From NCBI GenBank assembly GCA_964016885.1, contig OZ024741.1, forward strand, positions 64,108,001-64,172,000: a stretch of 64,000 nt of DNA. The letters are read 5' to 3'. The stretch is from Eledone cirrhosa. Its lineage: Eukaryota. The position numbers and the translations under genes are program-made. The notes beneath the pieces were generated by a model. The model saw only the letters and a list, made by a program, of their open reading frames with translations, was not told where the DNA came from and did no database searches. Shown piece by piece: positions 48,871-58,392 of this stretch (position 1 is the stretch's first letter; each line of letters starts with the position of its first letter).

Positions 48871-51800
48871 CACCAACCAAACCAACCAAACCAACCAAAC
48901 CAACCATACCAACCAAACCAACCACACCAACCACACCAACCACACCAACCAAACCAACCATACCAACTAAACAAACCACACCAACCACACCAACCATACC
49001 AACCAAACCAACCATACCAACCAAACCAACCAAACCAACCACACCAACCACACCAACCATACCAACCAATCCAACCAAACCAAACAAACCAACCATACCA
49101 ACCACACCAACCACACCAACCATACCAACCATACCAACCAAACCAAACAAACCAACCACACCAACCATGCCAACCATACCAACCATACCAACCAAACCAA
49201 CCACACCAACCATACCATCCAAACTAACCACACCAACCATACCAACCACGCCAACAACACCAACCATACCAACCAAACCAACCACACCAACCACACCAAC
49301 CATACCAACCAAACCAACCATACCAACCAGACCAACTACACTAACCATACCAACCATACCAACCAAACCAACCACACCAACCATACCAACCATACCAACC
49401 AAACCAACCACACCAACCATACCAACCATACCAACCAAACCAACCACACCAACCATACCAACCACACCAACCAAACAAACCAAACCAACCAAACCAACCA
49501 AACCAACCATACCAACCATACCAACCATACCAACCAGACCAACCACACCAACCGTACCAACCATACCAACCAAACCAACCACACCAACCAAACTAACCAT
49601 ACCAACCACACCAACCAAACCAACCAAACCAACCAAACCAACCAAACCAACCATACCAACCATACCAACCAAACCAACCACACCAACCACACCAACCACA
49701 CCAACCACACCAACCAAACCAACCACACCAACCACACCAACCATACCAACCACACCAACCACACCAACCAAACCAACCAAACCAACCAAACCAACCATAC
49801 CAACCATACCAACCAAACCAACCACACCAACCACACCAACCACACCAACCACACCAACCAAACCAACCACACCAACCACAACAACCATACCAACCACACC
49901 AACCATACCAACCAAACCAACCAAACCAACCAAACCAACCAAACCAACCACACCAACCATACCAACCATACCAACCAAACCAACCATACCAACCAAACCA
50001 ACCACACCAACCATACCAACCACACCAACCAAACAAACCAAACCAACCAAACCAACCAAACCAACCATACCAACCATACCAACCATACCAACCAGACCAA
50101 CCACACCAACCGTACCAACCATACCAACCAAACCAACCACACCAACCAAACCAACCACACCAACCACACCAACCACCCTAACCATACCAACCACACCAAC
50201 CAAACCAACCAAACCAACCAAACCAACCAAACCAACCATACCAACCATACCAACCAAACCAACCACACCAACCACACCAACCACACCAACCACACCAACC
50301 AAACCAACCACACCAACCATACCAACCAAACCAACCAAACCAACCAAACCAACCAAACCAACCACACCAACCATACCAACCATACCAACCAAACCAACCA
50401 CACCAACCACACCAACCACACCAACCAAACCAACCACACCAACCATACCAACCAAACCAACCAAACCAACCAAACCAACCAAACCAACCACACCAACCAT
50501 ACCAACCACACCAACCAAACCAACCATACCAACCAAACCAACCACACCAACCATACCAACCATACCAACCATACCAACCACACCAACCATACCAACCATA
50601 CCAACCAAACCAACCATACCAACCAAACCAACCAAACCAACCAAACCAACCACACCAACCACACCAACCACACCAACCATACCAACCATACCAACCAAAC
50701 CAACCATACCAACCAAACCAACCAAACCAACCAAACCAACCACACCAACCATACCAACCAAACCAACTACACCAACCATACCAACCATACCAACCATACC
50801 AACCATACCAACCAAACCAACCAAACCACCACACCAACCACACCAACCAAACCAACCACACCAACCACACCAACCATACCAACCAAACCACCACACCCAC
50901 CATACCAACCATACCAACCACTCCAACCACACCAACCATACCAACCATACCAACCAAACCAACCACACCAACCACACCAACCACACCAACCACACCAACC
51001 AAATCAACCAAACCAACCAAACCAACCATACCAACCACACCAACCACACCAACCACACCAACCACACCAACCACACCAACCACACCAACCACACCAACCA
51101 TACCATCCAAACCAACCACACCAACCAAACCAACCAAACCAACCAAACCAACCAAACCAACCAAACCAACCAAACCAACCAAACCAAGCAAACCAACCAA
51201 ACCAACCATACCAACCACACCAATCACACCAACCACACCAACCACACCAACCACACCAACCATACCAACCAAACCAACCAAACCAACCACACCAACCACA
51301 CCAACCACACCAACCACACCAACCATACCAACCAAACCAACCAAACCAACCACACCAACCACACCAACCACACCAACCACACCAACCACACCAACCACAC
51401 CAACCACACCAACCAAACCAACCAAACCAACCAAACCAACCAAACCAACCATACCAACCACACCAACCACACCAACCATACCAACCAAACCAACCAAACC
51501 AACCAAACCAACCAAACCAACCAAACCAACCATACCAACCACACCAACCACACCAACCAAACCAACCAAACCAACCAAACCAACCACACCAACCACACCA
51601 ACCACACCAACCATACCAACCACACCAACCATACCAACCAAACCAACCAAACCAACCAAACCAACCAAACCAACCACACCAACCACACCAACCAAACCAA
51701 CCAAACCAACCAAACCAACCACACCAACCACACCAACCACACCAACCAAACCAACCAAACCAACCAAACCACCACACCAACCACACCAACCACACCAACC

Positions 51801-52964
51801 AAACCAACCAAACCAACCACAACAACCATACCCACCAAACCAATCAAACCAACCATACCAACCACACCAACCATACCAACAACACCAACCACACCAACCA
51901 TACCCACCAAACCAACCAAATCAACCAAACCAACCACACCAACCATACCAACCAAACCAACCACACCAACCATACCAACCACACCAACCACACCAACCAT
52001 ACCCACCAAACCAACCAAACCAACCACACCAACCATACCAACCACACCAACCACACCAACCATACCAACAACACCAACCACACCAACCATACCCACCAAA
52101 CCAATCAAACCAACCAAACCCACCACACCAACCATACCAACCAAACCAACCACACCAACCATACCAACCACACCAACCACACCAACCATACCTACCAAAC
52201 CAACCAAACCAACCACACCAACCACACCAACAACACCAACCACACCAACCATACCCACCAAACCAACCAAACCAACCGCCGCAACCATACCAACCACACC
52301 AACCACACCAACCATACCAACCAAACAAACCATACCAACCATACCAACCACACCAACCACACCAACCATACCAACCAAACCAACCACACCAACCATACCA
52401 ACCAAACCAACCACACCAACCATACCAACCACACCAACCACACCGACCATACCCACCAAACCAACCAAACCAACCAATCCAACCACACCAACAACACCAA
52501 CCAAACCAACCATACCCACCAAACCAACCAAACCAACCACACCAACCATACCAACCACACCAACCACACCAACCATACCAACCAAACAAACCATACCAAC
52601 CATACCAACCAAACCAACCAAACCAACCACACCAACCATACCCACCAAACCAACCAAACCAACCATACCAACCAATCCAACCACACCAACCATACCAACC
52701 AAACCAACCAAACCAACCACACCAACCACACCAACCACACCAACCAAACCAACCATACCCACCAAACCAACCAAACCAACCATACCAACCAATCCAACCA
52801 CACCAACCATACCAACCAAACCAACCAATCCAACCACACCAACCACACCAACCATACCAACCAAACCAACCAATCCAACCATACCAACCACACCAACCAA
52901 ACAGTGAGTGTGTTCTGTTATTATTTCTGGCAATATAATCATAACAATATGACCCTTCCTAAGT

Positions 52965-53042
52965 ATATATATATATAACATAAATATATATATACATACA
53001 AATGTGTTTATATATATGAATATATATGTACGTATATATCTA

Positions 53043-53103
<61 letters not shown>
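52965..53103. repeat. (TA)n/(TG)n microsatellite cluster
   Basis: Directly visible; it abuts the right TIR end. Confidence 0.9.
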
Positions 53104-53107
<4 letters not shown>

Positions 53108-53295
53108 TGTCAGGTTGCTATTGAGTGCTACTGGTAACATGTAATCCAGTACAACCTGTCGCATTATCGGGTCGTCGGAGTCTAAACCGGCAACCCCACC
53201 AAGTTTACTTGGTGAGGAGGGTGATTTTGGACACCCTGCAAGACAAAAAAAAACAAAACCTGACAAAGGGCGGAAGGACTCATACGATTCAACGG
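53108..53295 (+). mobile_element. 5' fragment of a non-autonomous RTE-related element (family B head)
   Basis: Alignable by eye to the reverse complement of 55640-55819; both copies begin at TGTCAGGT. Confidence 0.75.
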
Positions 53296-53373
53296 TCATA
53301 CAAAAATGTATAAATATGTCTATACATATGTATATGTATATATGTGTATGCATGTGTGCATGTGCATGTATAT

Positions 53374-53685
53374 GCGCGGGGAAATAGAAATAGTTGGGCT
53401 GGATACCCGATCGCGCAGTTAAACCATTGGGAGTAAAGGACCCTAGCCTTCGTCAGGACATTCTTCTAGGAGAAGGCAACTCAGGAAACTGGGATAAGTC
53501 CGACATAAAACCTGCCGTTCAGTAGTTACCGATGATGTTGAGCTTTTCTTCCTTTAGGGTTATAGCAACTTTCGCTCAGTGCACAGTCTTTCCTCACTTT
53601 AAAAAACATCTTCACGCACAGGCATTGCACAATGGCATTAATTAATAATTATTAATAATGTTATATCGTGCAATGGCCATACTCA
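53374..53685 (+). mobile_element. Short non-autonomous RTE-related retroelement, family A, copy 1
   Basis: Matches the reverse complements of 63010-63315 and 54862-55100. Contains CTAGGAGAAGGCAACTC, similar to the RTE 5'UTR motif CTAGGAGAAGGAAAACTC. Confidence 0.8.
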
Positions 53686-53919
53686 ATATAAATATAAAAA
53701 GGGAAGCATATTATGTAAGTGAAATTTGGTTGCTATTTCTAACAGAAGGTGTGACCGTAATATCCTTGATAATCTGTTGTGTTTATATCCTTTCTGCTCC
53801 TGCTGTTGTTGTTGCCTTCAATTTAAACCCAGGCCAACTATGAGGTAAAGGAAACTTATTATCAAAGGCATTCCAGTCGTGACTATCCCATATTTCATGC
53901 CAATGGTATATCTAACAAA

Positions 53920-53956
53920 CCTTAACGTTCCGGACCCTAGCCCTTCATCAGAAAAT
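53920..53956 (-). ncRNA. Minimal hammerhead-ribozyme-like motif with one core substitution
   Basis: Minus strand TTTT-CTGATGA-A-GGGC-TAGG-GTCC-GGAACGTTA-AGG: CUGAUGA core, 4-bp stem II and palindromic AACGTT as in PLE hammerheads, but GAAA is changed to GGAA. Confidence 0.4.
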
Positions 53957-54861
53957 TGAATGAGAAATTTGTTACATATAATGTACAGTAGAGAAGGTAT
54001 ATAAATTTATATGGATTACATAGCAAACCATTGATTCAAGATATTCCTACATATAGATATAGAGATAGTGATATCCGAACGAGTATCCTCCACCTCCAAC
54101 TAACTTACACCCTGCCTCTGGGCCCCGGCTGACAGTATCATTCTTACTTTCTTAAGATGCTAGGTTGATATTTCAGAGCCTTGAACAACCACGAATAGGC
54201 TTCTCTCAATTAGTTTTATTACACAACAGGAAAATTAAATTATCATTTAGAGAGCTTCATTATCTATCTATCTGTTTCTTCTCTCTTTCTCTCTCACTCA
54301 CCCCCCCCCCCCTCTCTCTATTCAGTTATTCTTAATCTTCTTTTTTCTCTCCTCTTTATATATATATTTGCTATGTGTTATTCAGTGAATTCTTCGTTCA
54401 TGTTGATGATTGCTTCTTGCTTTAGTGTTTAAAAGTACAATATTTCGAGTCTAAAAAACGTTATCATTCGTCAAAGTCGAAATTTAGTTTTTTGGTTCAA
54501 AATATTAAATATTAATGGCAGTCCTCTTCCCTCCCTGTGATAATAAATATTTAGAATAACTACAATCACATGAATACATTAAATTTTAAAATAATAAATT
54601 ACTTTCAATTAAATGTAGGCAATCAGCAGCTGGTCTGTGAATGCTGTTTCGTTCAGAAATTGTTGTATCCAGGCAATTAAGAATGTAGTTGATGCTGGGC
54701 TTCATAAAGTACGCAAAACAAATGTAATCGTATATAAAGTCTAAAGCTCACAATGACTACGACCCTCTTGAAAATCATGGAACATACATACATACATACA
54801 CACATACACGTTCATACATACGTATATACATAAATACATAGACATATACATACATAGATAT

Positions 54862-55100
54862 GATGGCTGCCCCCTCGTTATCGAGTATGGCCATTGCACG
54901 ATATACCATTATTAATTAATTCTATCGTGCAATGCCTGTGCGTGAAGATATTTTTCAAAGTGAGGAAAGGATGTGCACTGAGCCAAACCCACTCTCTGAG
55001 CGACAGTAGCTATAACCCGAAAGGAAGAAAAGATCAACATCATCGGTAACTACTGAGCCGCATGTTTTATATCGGAGTTATCCCAGTTTCCTGAGTTGCC
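54862..55100 (-). mobile_element. Family A element, copy 2 (5'-truncated, intact 3' tail)
   Basis: Homologous to 53374-53685 and 63010-63315. Ends in CTCGATAACGAGGGGGCAGCCATC next to an (ATGT)n tract. Confidence 0.8.
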
Positions 55101-55210
55101 ATACATACATACATACATACATACATACATACATACATACATACATACATACATACACATACACACACATATACACATACATACATAGACATACAAATAT
55201 ATACATATAT
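55100..55210. repeat. (CATA)n microsatellite
   Basis: Directly visible. Confidence 0.95.
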
Positions 55211-55819
55211 GGTGGCTGCCAACTCGTTTTCGAGTACGGCCACTATTTTATATCCATGTAGGAGAACCCCTACCGATGTGCTGAACGAGCGTGACTTTTT
55301 AGTCCAGCCAGCGACTTGAAAACTCTGGTACAAACACTACACTTGTGACAATTACTGACACATAGTGCTGGGCCCATGGTACCATGTGATGACAAGTGCA
55401 GAGAGATCTCCAGATATAAAGCAATGCCTGTGCCGTGAAGCTTTTATAGTGAGCAAAGGCACTGCACAAAGCCAGTCCCACTCTCTTAACCAAGATGATA
55501 TTTACCAAAAAGAAGAACAAGTCAACATCATTGGATACCATCAGAGTTGCAGGTGTTATATCAGAGTTTTCCTTCTCCTAGAATTCTGCCTTGACAAAGG
55601 CTAAGGGGTCATCTCTTCCGGTGATTTTGGATGGCTATTGAGTCTTAAGAGCTCCCTTGCCCTTTGACAGGTTTTGTTTTTAGTCCTGCAGGATGTCCAA
55701 AGTCACCCCCCTCACCAAGAAACCTTGGTGGGGTTGCCAGTTTAGTCGCCAACGACCCGACCATGAGACAGGTTGTACTGGGATACATGTTACCAGTAGC
55801 ACCAACTGGTGACCTGACA
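55211..55819 (-). mobile_element. Non-autonomous bipartite RTE-derived element, family B, apparently full length (about 610 bp)
   Basis: The minus strand carries the RTE-type 5'UTR motif CTAGGAGAAGGAAAACTCTGA, a C2H2 remnant ([24 protein letters not shown]) and the 3' tail ACGAGTTGGCAGCCACCAT shared with the RTE LINE at 58343. Confidence 0.8.
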
Positions 55820-55821
55820 TA

Positions 55822-55912
55822 ACATACATACATACATACATACATACATACATACATACATACATACATACATACATACATACATACATACATACATACA
55901 TACATACATACA
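55822..55912. repeat. (CATA)n microsatellite
   Basis: Directly visible. Confidence 0.95.
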
Positions 55913-55917
55913 TGCAT

Positions 55918-56225
55918 GGTGGCTGCCAACTCGTTTTCGAGTACGGCCGCTACTTTACATCCATGTAGGAGAACCCCTACCGATGGGCTGAACGAATGTG
56001 ACTTTTTAGTCCGGCCAGCGACTTGAAAACTCTGGTACAAACACTACACTTGTGACAATTATTGACACATAGTGCTGGGCCCATGGTACCATGTGACGAC
56101 AAGTGCTGAGAGATCTCCAGATATAAAGCAATGCCTGTGCCGTTAAGCTTTTATAGTGATGGTATCCAATGATGTTGACTTGTTCTTCTTTTTGGTAAAT
56201 ATCATCTTGGTTAAGAGAGTGGGAC
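55918..56225 (-). mobile_element. Family B element, copy 2, 5'-truncated with a 5' inversion
   Basis: 55918-56159 is a direct copy of about 55211-55452, and 56157-56225 is the reverse complement of 55475-55543. Confidence 0.85.
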
Positions 56226-56262
56226 ATACATACATACATACATACATACATACATACATACA

Positions 56263-56290
<28 letters not shown>
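56226..56290. repeat. (CATA)n microsatellite
   Basis: Directly visible. Confidence 0.95.
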
Positions 56291-56293
<3 letters not shown>

Positions 56294-58169
56294 TATTAAG
56301 GCTTTACAGTTAGCTAAAGTCCCACAACCATTGGTAGCTGCTGTTGAACGCCTGACCAAGAACTGGTACACCAATTTGATCCTTAGAGGTGAGAAGGAGC
56401 AGGTTAAGACTGATAAGATACATAACCAGAAGGGCATCTTTCAGGGTGATAGCTTGTCAGTGCTACTCTTCGTTCTCTCACTGAATCCACTATCTTACCT
56501 ACTCAGGAAACAAGGTGGACAAAGAAGTGGGCCCAGAAATATCTCCCATCTTTTATTTGTTGATGACCTGAAGTTGTATGGGCCAAATATCAATGACATC
56601 AAGAAACAATTGGACCTCATTACACAATTTTCAACCGACATCAAAATGAAATTTGGTGAGTCCAAGTGTGCATATTTGGCAGTAAAACGTGGAAGAGATG
56701 TGCCCTCTTCTAGAAATCTAGAGATGAACGGCCTGACAATACAACCTCTGCAGTCAGGTGACAACTACAGATATCTTGGACAGGATGAGAATATCAGATA
56801 TGATGGACCCATAAATAAGGAGAGAACCAGAACTGAATACCTCAGAAGAGTAAAGAAAATATGGTCATCAGAACTGTCAGCATACAACAAATACATTGCC
56901 CACAATACTTATGCTGTGCCAATTCTAACGCCAACATTTGGCCTACTGAACTGGTCATTGCAAGAACTAAGTGAGATGGATGTTAGAACTCGAAAACTTC
57001 TCAGTGTTACTGGGAACTTTAACATCAATGGTGATGTGGATAGGCTATACTTCTCACGCAAGGAAGGTGACCGGGGTTTAAAATCAATATTAACAACATA
57101 TGAGACCCGGATAGTAACACTGAAGCAACACCTTCAACAGAGGAAAAAGGTTGGCAACCATCTTGCCCAGGTTTATGAGCATGAAAAAAGAAATATCATT
57201 AGAATAGCGACTGATCTGGAGGAGAGATATGGAATAAAGCCTGATATAAATCTCTCACCCAGAGAAATCGGAAGATCCTATTCAATGTTCAAACAAGATA
57301 AAAAAATTGACCAATTTACAGAAAAAGTTGTGCATGGATACTTGAGGCGTAAAACACAGACCATAGAGGGGATAAACCACTCAAAAAGCCTGGCATGGAG
57401 TTCCGACAAGTTTATGACATCACACCTTGAGGTATATCTCTATGCAATACAGGAACAAGAACTCCCTACCAAATATCTGCTGCACAAAAGAGGAGGGCTA
57501 GCAGCTGACAATAAATGTAGGCTATGTAAAACAAAGATCGAGGATGTAAGCCACATTGTTGCCAGCTGCGAAAGAATGTCATCTCGCTACTACCTCCCCA
57601 TGAGACACGATGGGATAGCTAGAACCATCTGGAACGCACTTCGGAAAACAAAATTAACAACAAACGAGGAAGAATATATTGAGACAGATGGCACTAAGGA
57701 ATACTGGTGGAACCTGAAAATAAAAACTGCCACCAAATTAAAGCACAACCGGCCTGATATTGTAGTTTGGGACCACACATTGAAAACGTGTTCTGTTGTG
57801 GAGATCAGCTGCCCACTTGATGTAAACGTTGTCAGAAAAATACAGGAGAAGGAGGACATCTACGGACCATTGATGAGGAGTTTACAAATCCAGTATCCAA
57901 GATACACCTTTGGCTTCATAACCATCATTATTGGTGCTACGGGTTATATACCAACCCGCTTGGACCAAAGTATGACTGAACTTGGATTTGCGGACAAAAA
58001 GCGCAGCTCCCTAATTCATAGTCTACAAATGGCTGCGATAGCTGGCACCTTCAACATTTGCAAAACATTCTTGCGATTCAAGGGATGACAATTTCTTTTC
58101 TTTTACAACCTTGCCACCAGGAAGGTGGCCGGTCAAAAAAATATACTCGAAATTAAGAGAAAGAGAAAA
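56291..58169 (+). mobile_element. 5'-truncated non-LTR retrotransposon with restriction-like endonuclease (R4/Dong-like)
   Basis: RT motifs GIFQGDSLS and [15 protein letters not shown] knuckle CRLC-x8-HIVASC, RHD, and the RLE motif RPDIVVWD...VVEISCP. Short 3'UTR; (CATA)n on both sides. Confidence 0.92.
56292..58088 (+). CDS. RT (C-terminal half) + CCHC + RLE polyprotein fragment, uninterrupted frame but lacking the N-terminus
   Basis: ORF-track 56331..58088 (585 aa). The frame is open upstream to 56292 ([11 protein letters not shown]), where it abuts the microsatellite, so the listed start is not a true start. Confidence 0.85.
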
Positions 58170-58255
58170 CATACATACATACATGCATACATACATACAT
58201 ACATACATACATACATACATACATACATACATACATACATACATACATAGACACT

Positions 58256-58342
<87 letters not shown>
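58170..58342. repeat. (CATA)n followed by (TA)n microsatellite between two tail-to-tail LINEs
   Basis: Directly visible. Confidence 0.95.
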
Positions 58343-58344
<2 letters not shown>

Positions 58345-58392
58345 GATGGCTGCAAACTCGTGTTCCTGCATTGCCATCGCCTGATAAAATGC

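Larger units (their letters stand above)
4206..52901 (+). repeat. Giant 9-bp tandem satellite/minisatellite (CCAACC-AAA/ACA/ATA)n, 48.7 kb, about 5,400 units
   Basis: Continuous 9-bp periodicity with a largely invariant CCAACC and a three-state last triplet. Rare variants (AGA, GTA, ATG, CTA, GCA, AAT) and scattered 1-bp indels occur. Confidence 0.99.
3887..52964. mobile_element. MITE-like/foldback element (about 390 bp if unexpanded) whose right TIR hosts the giant satellite
   Basis: TA-CTTGGGGAGGGTC ... GACCCTTCCTAAG-TA termini, about 112-bp arms at about 93% identity, a spacer of about 167 bp (3999-4165) and no transposase. The transposon identity is inferred from architecture. Confidence 0.65.

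Noticed and set aside
4160-52896. Very long minus-strand ORFs (VGLVGMVGV..., WLVWLV..., GWFGWY...; up to about 2000 aa)
   Set aside because: The repeat unit has no stop codon in these frames, so all frames are open by construction. There is no unique domain or gene context.
4206-52901. CRISPR-like or spacer-acquisition array
   Set aside because: There are no unique spacers (the variable part is one base with three states), no cas genes, and the context is eukaryotic.
4206-52901. Telomere or interstitial canonical telomeric repeat
   Set aside because: The unit is GGTTGGTDT, not TTAGGG/TTAGG, and the array is bounded on both sides by the two halves of one TIR arm.
41163-52907. HQP/NQP- and NHT/NQT-rich peptide segments as distinct protein domains
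   Set aside because: These are the same 9-mer read in shifted frames after 1-bp indels.
51224-53353. 709-aa minus-strand ORF with a 'unique' N-terminus
   Set aside because: The N-terminus is made of microsatellites, an antisense family B fragment and the TIR arm; this is chance read-through.
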